Shown here one piece after another: positions 1 to 9,057 of a stretch of 64,000 bases of DNA. A program made the position numbers and the translations under genes. The notes beneath the pieces were generated by a model, which saw only the letters and a list, made by a program, of their open reading frames with translations, did not search any database and had not been told where the DNA came from. Numbering within the stretch: the stretch's first letter is position 1; every line of letters begins with the position of its first letter. The stretch covers positions 890-64,889 of the forward strand of contig JAZSKN010000033.1 of the NCBI GenBank assembly GCA_045534895.1, given 5' to 3'. Source of the DNA: Acutalibacteraceae bacterium (GTDB lineage: Bacteria; Bacillota; Clostridia; Oscillospirales; Acutalibacteraceae).

Positions 1-2247
1 AAGATTACATTGCCAAAGGGACTTACAACAATCGGCTCACAGGCGTTTATGAATTGTACCGGACTTAGCGAGGTTTATATTCCCGAATCTGTTACAAGCA
101 TAAGTAACACTGCGTTCTCTTATCCAGAAAAAACTACAATCTACGGTAAAGCAGGCAGCTACGCCGAAAGCTTTGCAAATGATTACGGCTTTAAATTTGT
201 AGACAATACAGTTCCAACAAGTGGAATTGCTCTTGTTGGTAATGAGAAGTATATTATTGTAGATAGGGGACAGACCTACCGCGCTATTTTTGAAACCGAC
301 CCTCAAAACAGTACCGATGTTATAATACTTACCGCAAGCAACAAGAACGTTTCTATAAACGGTATGGATATTTATGCAAGCGGTACAGGCGATACCGTAA
401 TTACGGCAACTGCCGGCAGTGGTATTACATACCAGTTTACGCTTCATATACGTGATGCAAGAAACGTTACCATAACACAACAACCAAACAAGCTGTCGTA
501 TATATTGGGCGATACACTTGACCTTAGCGGTCTTGTGCTGCAGGTTAATTATGGCGATAATTCTACTAAAGAAGTAACAAACTATACTGCCACAGGCTTT
601 GACAGCAGTGTAGAGGGCAAGTGCACGGTTACTGTTAACTGGGTTTCTGCATACGGCAGTACATACAAAGCCACCTTTACGGTAGACGTTGTAGACCCAA
701 GACCCAAGCTTACCGGTATTATTGTAGATACTATGCCCATAAAAACCGAATATAACTGCCGTGAAGAACTGGATCTTACAGGTCTTGTTATTAAAGCAAC
801 CTATACCGACGGTTCTGCTGTGGCAATAAGCGACTACACAGTTACGGGTTATAACTCTCTTAATGCCGATATGCAAACCCTTACCGTAACGTACGGCGAA
901 TATACCACAAGCTTTAACATTATTGTGGGTATCTGGATTACCGAAATACAGGTAGAAACTTTGCCTAATAATATGCAGTATTACATTGGCGACAACGTAA
1001 ATACACAGGGTCTTACCCTTAAGGCTATTTACAGCAACGGATATACCGAAATATTTGATAGTGGCTACACAATTACCGTAAATACCGAATCGGTTGGTCA
1101 AAAGACGGTTAACGTTAATTATAACGGCTTTACCACAAGTTTTGATGTTAACGTAAGCAAGCCAACAATCACCCTTTCGGGCAATAACAAAACAATAACC
1201 GTTGGCAACAGTGAAACCCTTACCGCTGCCACCACGCCCGAAAATGCGCCTGTTAGTTGGATATCGTCTAACGCCGACATTGTAACCGTAGAAAACGGTG
1301 TTATAACAGCGGTGTCGGTGGGTACCGCAACGGTTACCGCAGTTTTAAACTATAACAACAGGGTTTATCAGGTAAGCTGTAAAATTATTACCGAGCCACA
1401 GGATGCGGTGTATGCTTCCTTAAACGTTGAAAAACTACCCACAAAAACTATTTACAAAATGGGCGAAGCAATCGACTTTGCAGGTCTTACACTTAAACAA
1501 AACTATAGCGACGGTTCATATAACATAATAACCGAAGGCTACACAACCTTAAGCGTTGATACTATGACACCGGGCAAAAAGACGGTGGTTGTTATTTACA
1601 AGGGCATTGCAACAAGCTTTGAAATAACGGTTAGTGAGCCTGAGTTTGATGAAAATTCACCAACCTTTGTTGTACAAAGCGATACTGCCCGTGTGGGAGA
1701 TACCGTTATGGTTGATGTTATGACCAAAAACAATGTTGGTATTGTATCGATGAAGCTATTGGTGGATTATGACATCGATGTTCTTGAATTTGTTGCCATA
1801 AGCGAGGGTGATTTTGCCGATATTACCTTTGGCCCAACCGATGCGCACCCAATTGTTATTAACTGGCTTGATACAATAAGCCCAAATAACACAACCGATG
1901 GCACGGTTGCAACACTTATCTTCAAAATTAAGTCGGAAGCTACAGCCGGCGATACAACAGTAAGCGTTAAATATGATTATGAAGATGTGTATAATTCAGA
2001 CTTTAGTAACGTGTTATTTGCAACACAAGACGGTATTATTACGGTTGTAGAATCTATTAAGGGTGATACAACCGAAGATAATATTATTAACAACAAAGAC
2101 CTTGGCGTACTTATGCAGTACATTAACGGTTGGAATGTTGAAATTGATATTACTGCCGCCGATGTAAACGGTGACGGTGCGGTTAATAACAAAGACTACG
2201 CAGTACTTATACGTTACATAAACGGCTGGAACGTAGAGCTTAAGTGA
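1..2247 (+). CDS. Modular cell-surface protein (5' partial): BspA-type LRR, tandem Ig-like repeats, Big_2-like domain, cohesin-like module, C-terminal dockerin
   Basis: The frame is open to base 1, so the track start at 10 is a nominal TTG. About five ~80-aa repeats carry P.K..Y..G..LDL.GL...Y.DGS. VGNSETLTAATTPENAPVSWISSNADIVTV is Big_2-like. FVVQSD..VGIVSMKLLVDYD resembles cohesin. The duplicated NNKD(L/Y)(G/A)VL..YINGWNVE segment with DVNGDGAVNNKD is a dockerin. Confidence 0.7.
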   Translation, partial: KITLPKGLTTIGSQAFMNCTGLSEVYIPESVTSISNTAFSYPEKTTIYGKAGSYAESFANDYGFKFVDNTVPTSGIALVGNEKYIIVDRGQTYRAIFETDPQNSTDVIILTASNKNVSINGMDIYASGTGDTVITATAGSGITYQFTLHIRDARNVTITQQPNKLSYILGDTLDLSGLVLQVNYGDNSTKEVTNYTATGFDSSVEGKCTVTVNWVSAYGSTYKATFTVDVVDPRPKLTGIIVDTMPIKTEYNCREELDLTGLVIKATYTDGSAVAISDYTVTGYNSLNADMQTLTVTYGEYTTSFNIIVGIWITEIQVETLPNNMQYYIGDNVNTQGLTLKAIYSNGYTEIFDSGYTITVNTESVGQKTVNVNYNGFTTSFDVNVSKPTITLSGNNKTITVGNSETLTAATTPENAPVSWISSNADIVTVENGVITAVSVGTATVTAVLNYNNRVYQVSCKIITEPQDAVYASLNVEKLPTKTIYKMGEAIDFAGLTLKQNYSDGSYNIITEGYTTLSVDTMTPGKKTVVVIYKGIATSFEITVSEPEFDENSPTFVVQSDTARVGDTVMVDVMTKNNVGIVSMKLLVDYDIDVLEFVAISEGDFADITFGPTDAHPIVINWLDTISPNNTTDGTVATLIFKIKSEATAGDTTVSVKYDYEDVYNSDFSNVLFATQDGIITVVESIKGDTTEDNIINNKDLGVLMQYINGWNVEIDITAADVNGDGAVNNKDYAVLIRYINGWNVELK

Positions 2248-2276
2248 TGTTAAGTTAATAATTAATTTTATTTTAA

Positions 2277-2312
2277 ATCAGCACTCGTTGTATTACGGGT
2301 GCTGATTTGCTT
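2277..2312 (+). terminator. Intrinsic terminator after the surface-protein gene
   Basis: The stem atcagcac/gtgctgat (2277-2284 / 2299-2306) is followed by a T-rich tract. Confidence 0.6.
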
Positions 2313-2395
2313 TAAAAAAACGATAACTTTTTTGGTTGACTTATTTTGTCAGTTAATGTAAAATTATAGTACAAATTTTTTAAGGAGACTTTATT

Positions 2396-2806
2396 ATGAG
2401 TAAAAAGATTAAAATTTTAATAATTGTAATAGCGGTTATTATAGTTTTGGGTATTGCGGCAATACCGTTACTTAAATGGTGCAACAACCAAGAGTATAAT
2501 ATTGTTTCTAAAAGCTTTGGTGTAAGTATTAGCAAGGATGCCGATTTAATTTATTTTGATGAAGACGATGCTTATTTGCACGCGGCGTACGGTGTAAGTG
2601 AAGATGCGTATAAAGCCTTAAAAGATGAAATTGAAGCCGCAGGATACCATCAGATGAATTTTGATAATACTAACGTGGGTTTTGAATGGATACCATCGGG
2701 CAAGGTTAAGATAATGTATCGACTCGAAAAATTGGACGAAAGCACAAAAGACATTTACATAACTGCGCCAAACAACGGCTTTGTAGAATTGTATTTTGTA
2801 AAATAA
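2396..2806 (+). CDS. Hypothetical N-terminally membrane-anchored protein
   Basis: A GGAG RBS precedes the ATG. There is a single N-terminal hydrophobic helix (ILIIVIAVIIVLGIAAIPLL). I recognise no family. Confidence 0.55.
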   Translation: MSKKIKILIIVIAVIIVLGIAAIPLLKWCNNQEYNIVSKSFGVSISKDADLIYFDEDDAYLHAAYGVSEDAYKALKDEIEAAGYHQMNFDNTNVGFEWIPSGKVKIMYRLEKLDESTKDIYITAPNNGFVELYFVK

Positions 2807-2948
2807 AGCAAATTGGGTCCTTGCGTTTGCGGGGACCTTGATTTTTAAAGTTATAATTTATCACTCTATCGAACTAAAGTGAATATAACTAAAAATTATA
2901 CACTTTTTTGTGCACATATACAAAAGTGGTAATTTTTATAAAAAACAC

Positions 2949-2977
2949 TTTACAAAACTAAAGTGGTAAAGTATAAT
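2949..2977 (+). promoter_or_regulatory. Sigma-A type promoter for the amino-acid ABC operon
   Basis: TTTACA (2949-2954), a 17-nt spacer, then TATAAT (2972-2977). It lies ~50 nt upstream of the 3025 start. Confidence 0.5.
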
Positions 2978-3024
2978 AGCAACATCAAATAAATCCCGCA
3001 AGGGAATACAAGGAGAAATTTATT

Positions 3025-3828
3025 ATGAAAAAAATTATCGCATTACTTATGGTAGTTGCCATGTTGTTCTGCTTTGCAGGCTGTGGCACAAAAGATGTGG
3101 CAGACAATTCTTCTGAGGCTACAGTTGCTAAATCAGACCTCGAATACATTCAAGACAAGGGTAAGTTGGTTGTTGGTATGACCGAATACGCACCGATGAA
3201 CTACAAGGATGACAATGATGAATGGACCGGCTTTGATACCGAATTTGCCGAGGCTGTTGCCGAAAAGCTTGATGTAGACGTTGAGTTTATTGTTATTGAC
3301 TGGGACAACAAATGGGCAACACTTGAATCAAAGAAGATTGACGTTGTTTGGAACGGTATGACACTTTCTGACGAAGCAAAGGCAAACGCCGCTTGCACCA
3401 ATCCATATGTTCTTAACGCACAGGTTGTTGTAATGAAGGCTGACAAGCTTAACGATTACAAAACCGAAGAATCTTTAAAGGACTTAAGCTTTGCTGTTGA
3501 GGCAGGCTCTGCAGGTAAAGATATCGCCGCTGAAAAAGAATATAACTTTAAAGAATTTGCTGCGCAAAGCGACGCTCTTACCGCTATAAAGACCGGTAAA
3601 GCAGATGCTTGTATCATTGACATTACAATGGCAAAAGCAATGACAGGCGAAGGCACAAACTTTGCTGATTTGGGCGTTGGCATTTCTCTTACCGAAGAAG
3701 AATATGCAATCGCTTGCCGTAAGGGTTCAGACCTTGCAGCCAAGATTAACGAGCTTATGGACGGTATGAAGGCTGACGGTTCATTACAAAAATTGGCTGA
3801 CAAGTACTCATTAACACTTGCTGAATAA
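3025..3828 (+). CDS. Amino-acid ABC transporter substrate-binding lipoprotein (SBP_bac_3 type)
   Basis: Lipobox LFCFAGC after a signal peptide. The polar amino-acid binding protein fold pattern is present (GKLVVGM..YAPMNY..G.D.E). It is the first gene of an SBP-permease-ATPase operon. Confidence 0.85.
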   Translation: MKKIIALLMVVAMLFCFAGCGTKDVADNSSEATVAKSDLEYIQDKGKLVVGMTEYAPMNYKDDNDEWTGFDTEFAEAVAEKLDVDVEFIVIDWDNKWATLESKKIDVVWNGMTLSDEAKANAACTNPYVLNAQVVVMKADKLNDYKTEESLKDLSFAVEAGSAGKDIAAEKEYNFKEFAAQSDALTAIKTGKADACIIDITMAKAMTGEGTNFADLGVGISLTEEEYAIACRKGSDLAAKINELMDGMKADGSLQKLADKYSLTLAE

Positions 3829-3899
3829 TTATATGATATATGTTAAATAGAGGCCTACAAAATAGGTCTCTATTTAATGCTGTTTGAGAGGATATTATA

Positions 3900-4595
3900 A
3901 TGTTTGTTGAAGTAGTAATTAATTTGTTTAAAAACTTTTTAGTTACATTACAGCTTTTTGGGTTTACGCTGCTTTTTTCGTTGCCGCTGGGTTTAATTAT
4001 TTCTTTTGGTTCGATGAGCAGGTTTAAACCGCTTAGTTTTTTGGTTAAAATATTTGTATGGATAATTCGCGGTACGCCGCTTATGCTGCAGCTTATCTTG
4101 TTTTATTTTGGACCCGGTTTGTTGGTAAGCGCGGCAGAATCAAGTGGTATAGAAAACGGATTTATTGATTTTATGAGAACACTTAATATGGCAGACCCAT
4201 TGGTTACTGCAATAATTGCGTTTTCAATAAACTATGCGTGCTATTTTTCAGAAATATTCCGCGGCGGCATACAGGGTGTACCCAAGGGACAGCAAGAGGC
4301 AGGCGAGGTTTTGGGTCTTACCAAAACACAAATATTCTTTAAAATTACGCTTTTGCAAATGATTAAAAGAATTGTGCCCCCAATGTCTAACGAAATTATT
4401 ACCCTTGTAAAAGATACTTCGCTTGCGCGTACAATAACCGTGTACGAGATTATATGGGCAGCCCAAGACTACATAAGAGTAGACGGACTATTATGGCCGT
4501 TGTTCTTTACGGGCGTTTACTATCTTGCGTTTAGCGGATTGTTAACCCTGTTGTTTGGCTTTATTGAAAAGAAATTAAGCTACTTTAAGGTTTAA
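3900..4595 (+). CDS. Amino-acid ABC transporter permease (His/Glu/Gln/Arg/opine family)
   Basis: Multi-TM protein with the EAA-type loop [35 protein letters not shown]. Confidence 0.85.
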   Translation: MFVEVVINLFKNFLVTLQLFGFTLLFSLPLGLIISFGSMSRFKPLSFLVKIFVWIIRGTPLMLQLILFYFGPGLLVSAAESSGIENGFIDFMRTLNMADPLVTAIIAFSINYACYFSEIFRGGIQGVPKGQQEAGEVLGLTKTQIFFKITLLQMIKRIVPPMSNEIITLVKDTSLARTITVYEIIWAAQDYIRVDGLLWPLFFTGVYYLAFSGLLTLLFGFIEKKLSYFKV

Positions 4596-4609
4596 AAGGG
4601 GGAAGATTT

Positions 4610-5359
4610 ATGCCACTGTTAGAGGTTAAAGATATTAAAAAAAGTTTTGGTAAAACCGAAGTTTTAAAGGGTATAAGTTTTTCTTTAGAAGAAGGCGAGG
4701 TTATATCTATAATCGGATCTTCCGGTAGCGGTAAAACCACACTATTGCGCTGTCTTAATTTTTTAGAAACCGCCGATAGCGGTACAATAAGCGTTGAAGA
4801 TAAGGTCTTGTTTGACGGCGCACAGCTTGGCGATAAGCAAATACGTGAAAATCGTTTGCATTTTGGTCTTGTTTTTCAGTCGTTTAACCTATTTCCGCAA
4901 TATAGCGTTTTAGACAACGTTATGTTGGCACCCAAATTGCTAAAAAAGGGTACCAACGCTCAAATAGAGCAAACAGCGCGCGAGCTGATAGAAAATGTTG
5001 GTCTTACCGAAAAAATAGACAGTTACCCTTGTCAGTTGTCAGGAGGTCAGCAACAGCGTGTGGCAATAGCGCGTGCACTTGCAATGAACCCTGATATACT
5101 TTGCTTTGACGAGCCTACTTCTGCACTTGACCCCGAGCTTACAGGCGAGGTTTTACGCGTTATAAAGGGTCTTAAAGAGCAGGGCAGCACAATGATTGTG
5201 GTAACTCACGAAATGGAATTTGCAAAAAACGTTTCCGATAAAATTATTTTTATGGCTGACGGTGTAATAGAAGAAATGGGTACACCCGAGCAGATTTTTG
5301 AAAATCCAACAAGTGAGAAAACAAAGCACTTTTTGCAAAACTCGTTAGAAAAAATATAA
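4610..5359 (+). CDS. Amino-acid ABC transporter ATP-binding protein (GlnQ-like)
   Basis: Walker [10 protein letters not shown], signature LSGGQQQR, Walker [13 protein letters not shown]. Confidence 0.9.
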   Translation: MPLLEVKDIKKSFGKTEVLKGISFSLEEGEVISIIGSSGSGKTTLLRCLNFLETADSGTISVEDKVLFDGAQLGDKQIRENRLHFGLVFQSFNLFPQYSVLDNVMLAPKLLKKGTNAQIEQTARELIENVGLTEKIDSYPCQLSGGQQQRVAIARALAMNPDILCFDEPTSALDPELTGEVLRVIKGLKEQGSTMIVVTHEMEFAKNVSDKIIFMADGVIEEMGTPEQIFENPTSEKTKHFLQNSLEKI

Positions 5360-5365
5360 GAGGGT

Positions 5366-5638
5366 ATGACAATGGCTTTTGATAACAAGGACGTTAAAGA
5401 ACTGTATTCTCTTATACTATCGCTTAATACCTTAGACGATTGTAACGATGTATTCAGCGATTTGTGTACCGAAAAAGAGCTTGAACAAATGGCGCAACGT
5501 GTAAAGGCGGCAAAGCTGTTGATAGATGGTAAAACCTATAATCAGGTTATGGAGCAGTGTGAGATTTCTTCGGCAACGCTTAGCCGTGTATCGCGCTGTG
5601 TTCAATACGGTAAGGGTTATAAAAAATTTATAAAATAA
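5366..5638 (+). CDS. YerC/YecD-family TrpR-related regulator
   Basis: 90 aa. DLCTEKELEQMAQRVKAAKLL..G.TY..V...C.ISSATLSRVSRCVQYG matches the YerC/YecD pattern. Confidence 0.75.
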   Translation: MTMAFDNKDVKELYSLILSLNTLDDCNDVFSDLCTEKELEQMAQRVKAAKLLIDGKTYNQVMEQCEISSATLSRVSRCVQYGKGYKKFIK

Positions 5639-5716
5639 AAATCATGCGATATTTGTTGTAAAATGTAACAAATATCGCAATTTTTGTGCAATTTTTGTCA
5701 AAATTAATAAAAATGC

Positions 5717-5745
5717 TTGACAATATTTAATAAGTAATGTATATT
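5717..5745 (+). promoter_or_regulatory. Sigma-A type promoter upstream of the sigma-factor gene
   Basis: TTGACA (5717-5722), 17 nt, then TATATT (5740-5745). It follows the hairpin gcgatatttgtt..aacaaatatcgc, which terminates the yerC-like gene. Confidence 0.5.
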
Positions 5746-5778
5746 TATTATAATATTTGTGAGTATTATGGAGTTTTA

Positions 5779-6327
5779 ATGCAAGAAAATTTTAGTGATA
5801 ATCAGTTGGTTAAACTAATTAACAGTGGTGAATATAAGTATTTGCAATTACTTATAAACCGATATATGCCGTACATAATTAACGTTGCATCACGTTATAA
5901 TGCCGGCGGCTTTGACACTGAGGATTTTATTCAAGAAGGCATTTTGGCAATTTTTTCTGCAGTTAAGGCCTATGATAGTCAGAAGGCTTCTTTTAAAACA
6001 TTTGTATGTTTATGTATTAACCGCGCAATGTCTTCTGCGCTTGCGCGAGCATCGGGCGGGCAAAAGCATATTCCCGAGGGGTTGATTTCACCCATCGACG
6101 ACGTTGAAATTGCCGATACAAGTGACCCTGAAAGCATTTTTATTGAGAAAGAAAGCTTTAACGATTTAGAGCATTCTTTAAAACAAGATTTATCACAATT
6201 AGAGTATAAAGTATTAAGCGAATTTTTAAGCGGTAAAAGCTATGCAGATATTGCCGCGACGCTTGGTGTTACGCCAAAATCAGTAGATAATGCGCTACGC
6301 CGCATACGTTCCAAAATAAAGCAGTAA
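5779..6327 (+). CDS. Sigma-70 family RNA polymerase sigma factor (regions 2 and 4)
   Basis: DTEDFIQEGILAIFSAVKAYD is region 2. SYADIAATLGVTPKSVDNALRRIRSKI is the region 4 HTH. The start is moved to MQENF (5779), which has a GGAG RBS and lies downstream of the predicted -10. Confidence 0.75.
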   Translation: MQENFSDNQLVKLINSGEYKYLQLLINRYMPYIINVASRYNAGGFDTEDFIQEGILAIFSAVKAYDSQKASFKTFVCLCINRAMSSALARASGGQKHIPEGLISPIDDVEIADTSDPESIFIEKESFNDLEHSLKQDLSQLEYKVLSEFLSGKSYADIAATLGVTPKSVDNALRRIRSKIKQ

Positions 6328-6451
6328 TTATGCGAGATTTATCTCGCTTATATATGCCCTATGTAGTTTAATAAGCAGAGCGTTGTGTTTCACAAAGATG
6401 TCGGTGCGATTCCGTCCGGGGCTAAATAACCAATCAAGAGAGGTAAAAAAA

Positions 6452-6748
6452 ATGTTTGAAGACAAGACCCTAGTTTGCAAAGAATGCGGAGAAGAGTTCG
6501 TATTTACTGCAAGAGAGCAGGAATTTTATGCAGAGAAAGGTTTCGAAAACGAACCGCAGAGATGCAAACCCTGCCGCGACAAGCGTAAAAATGCAGGAAG
6601 GGCACCCCGTGAAATGCATGAAGCTGTTTGTGCAGCATGTGGCGGCGTAGCACGTGTACCATTTACACCACGTGACGATCGTCCTGTTTATTGTAGTGAA
6701 TGCTTTGCAAAAATGAAAGAAGAGGAAGCAGCAACAGACGCTGAATAA
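6452..6748 (+). CDS. CxxC-x17-CxxC zinc-ribbon domain protein
   Basis: CKECGEEFVFTAREQEFYAEKGFENEPQRCKPCR and CAACGG..PVYCSECF. The start is at ATG 6452 after the GAGAGG RBS. The track start at 6383 is upstream read-through. Confidence 0.7.
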   Translation: MFEDKTLVCKECGEEFVFTAREQEFYAEKGFENEPQRCKPCRDKRKNAGRAPREMHEAVCAACGGVARVPFTPRDDRPVYCSECFAKMKEEEAATDAE

Positions 6749-6916
6749 TCTAATGTATTAAGCCACACTAAATTTGGTGTGGCTTTTTATATTATTTTAG
6801 TGTATAATATTAGTGATTTTTGTAACTAATAATTAACATTTTCTTAATACTTAATTGCAAAATATGTTTTATTATAATATTACACCGATTATCTTTTTTG
6901 ATTTGGAGTGAGATAT

Positions 6917-7606
6917 ATGAACGGCAAAAAAATACTTATTGTTGATGATGACACAAATATTTGCGAATTGTTACGTCTTTATCTTGAAAAAGACGGTTTT
7001 ACCACGCTTGTTGCCAATGACGGTGAACAGGCAATTCAGTGCGCGCAAATTAATAATCCCGATTTAATATTGCTTGACATTATGATGCCCGTGCTTGACG
7101 GTTGGCAGGTTTGCCGTGAAATAAGAAAAAATTCAAACGTGCCAATTATTATGCTTACTGCCAAGGGCGAAACCTTTGACAAGGTTTTAGGTCTTGAGTT
7201 GGGAGCCGACGATTACGTTACAAAACCGTTTGATACCAAAGAGGTTATTGCACGCATTAAAGCTGTTCTTCGCCGAATGGGTGAAAATGAAAAATCTGAC
7301 GCTGTTCGCGAAGTTCGTTACGATAGGTTGCGTATAAATATTACAAATTACGAGCTTGAAGTAAACGGTGAGCAGATAGATACTCCACCAAAGGAGCTTG
7401 AGCTTATATATCATTTAGCAAGTAATCCAAACCGTGTCTACACGCGTGATCAATTACTTGATGAGGTATGGGGCTTTGATTACTACGGCGATTCGCGTAC
7501 GGTTGACGTTCACGTAAAAAGACTTCGTGAAAAGCTTGAAGATATATCAGACAAATGGTCACTTAAAACCGTTTGGGGAGTTGGATATAAATTTGAGGTT
7601 AAGTAA
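6917..7606 (+). CDS. OmpR-family response regulator
   Basis: Receiver domain (ILIVDDD..LLDIMMP..DG) plus a winged-helix trans_reg_C domain (ELELIYHLASNPNRVYTRDQLLDEVWG..VDVHVKRLR). Confidence 0.9.
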   Translation: MNGKKILIVDDDTNICELLRLYLEKDGFTTLVANDGEQAIQCAQINNPDLILLDIMMPVLDGWQVCREIRKNSNVPIIMLTAKGETFDKVLGLELGADDYVTKPFDTKEVIARIKAVLRRMGENEKSDAVREVRYDRLRINITNYELEVNGEQIDTPPKELELIYHLASNPNRVYTRDQLLDEVWGFDYYGDSRTVDVHVKRLREKLEDISDKWSLKTVWGVGYKFEVK

Positions 7607-7609
7607 ATT

Positions 7610-9037
7610 ATGCGTCATAGGTTGTTAAAAAAACAGTTTGCGGCAATTGCGCTTATAGTTTTTTTAAGTATTTTTTCAATACTTGTTATACTTACTTTTA
7701 TTTACAACGCTTACATCGCAGATGAAAAGTACGAAACGCTTCAAACATCGTGTGATACAATATGTGATTTTGTTGAAAAGCTTTCTACCAATCAAAGCAA
7801 CATTGACAACGAATACGGTGTTTACTATATTATGAGCAATTTATCGCTCGTTTCTGAATGTGATATTTTTGCAACCGATCAAAACGGTATTATACAGGTT
7901 TGTAGTTGTAAGGATTGGGAAATAGAAAACAACTGTGAGCATTCTGGCACGCAAATTAATGTCGAAAAAATCGAATCAATTATTCAAAATAAATCTAACA
8001 CACTTAGTACGCTTGATTATTACAGCAGTCCGCATTATACCGTTGCAAACAAAATAGAGATTGATAATGTTACCCAAGGCTATGTTGTGGCGGCGGCTTC
8101 TGCCAATGAGGCGCGAAATTTTATGGCGCGTATGGTGCGAATATACATTGTATCGGCAATTATACCGCTTTTGCTAATGTTTGCCGCATTATCGGTAATT
8201 ACCTATCGTCTTACAAAGCCGCTTAAGCTTATGTCAGACGCAGCAAAGGCTATGGCGCGGGGAGATTTTTCACGTCGCATTCCTGTTACCAGTGATGATG
8301 AGATAGGTCAGCTTGCAGTATCTTTTAATCAAATGACCAATTCATTAGCGCGACTTGAGGAAGTGCGTAAAAGCTTTATTGCAAACGTATCACACGAGCT
8401 TAAAACACCAATGACTACCATAAGCGGTTTTATTGACGGCATTATTGACGGTACAATAGACGCCGAAAAACAGCCGTACTATCTTGGTATTGTTCACGAC
8501 GAAGTAAAACGCTTATCGCGAATGGTAGAGGAAATGCTTAACGTATCAAGATTAGAGTCTGACGAATTTGAATTAAAGCGCGAAAGCTTTAATTTTAAGG
8601 ATCAGGTTTTAAGTATTGTTATATCGCAAGAGCAGCGAATTGAGAAAAAGAAAATAGATATTGTTGGACTCGACAGTATTTTAGATGTTAACATTAATGC
8701 CGATAAAGATTTGATACATCGTGTGGTTTATAATCTTGTAGATAATGCTATTAAATTTACCAACGAAGGCGGAAAGATTAGTTTTAAGGTAAATTATAAT
8801 TCAAAGGATTTTACCTTTCGCATAGAAAATACCGGCAAGGGCATTCCGCAAGGCGAATTGCCATATGTGTTTGAACGTTTTTATAAGGTAGATAAGTCGC
8901 GTTCATCAAACAAAGAAAGCACAGGCTTGGGCCTGTATATTGTCAAAACCATTATAAAAAAACACGGTGGCGTAATTTCGGTTTCAAGTATACAAAATCA
9001 GTTTACTGCATTTGAATTTACATTACCCGTTAATTAA
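7610..9037 (+). CDS. Sensor histidine kinase (2 TM, HAMP, HisKA, HATPase_c)
   Basis: H-box FIANVSHELKTPMT, N-box NLVDNAIKFT and G-box GLGLYIV. A HAMP-like segment follows the second TM helix. Confidence 0.9.
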   Translation: MRHRLLKKQFAAIALIVFLSIFSILVILTFIYNAYIADEKYETLQTSCDTICDFVEKLSTNQSNIDNEYGVYYIMSNLSLVSECDIFATDQNGIIQVCSCKDWEIENNCEHSGTQINVEKIESIIQNKSNTLSTLDYYSSPHYTVANKIEIDNVTQGYVVAAASANEARNFMARMVRIYIVSAIIPLLLMFAALSVITYRLTKPLKLMSDAAKAMARGDFSRRIPVTSDDEIGQLAVSFNQMTNSLARLEEVRKSFIANVSHELKTPMTTISGFIDGIIDGTIDAEKQPYYLGIVHDEVKRLSRMVEEMLNVSRLESDEFELKRESFNFKDQVLSIVISQEQRIEKKKIDIVGLDSILDVNINADKDLIHRVVYNLVDNAIKFTNEGGKISFKVNYNSKDFTFRIENTGKGIPQGELPYVFERFYKVDKSRSSNKESTGLGLYIVKTIIKKHGGVISVSSIQNQFTAFEFTLPVN

Positions 9038-9057
9038 CAATTAACATAAATAGGAGT

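Noticed and set aside
37-1101. A 354-aa minus-strand ORF antisense to the surface-protein gene.
   Set aside because: It lies entirely inside a plus-strand gene with clear domain repeats. Its translation is low-complexity (C/N/I/V-rich) with no RBS or motif. It is a typical antisense shadow ORF.
6395-6432. A T-loop-like string, ggtgcgattccgtcc, upstream of the zinc-ribbon gene suggested a tRNA or tRNA fragment.
   Set aside because: I could not fold a cloverleaf. The acceptor pairing is at most 5 bp, the only anticodon-region stem (ttgtg/cacaa) has a 3-nt loop, and there is no D-arm. It is most likely leader sequence.
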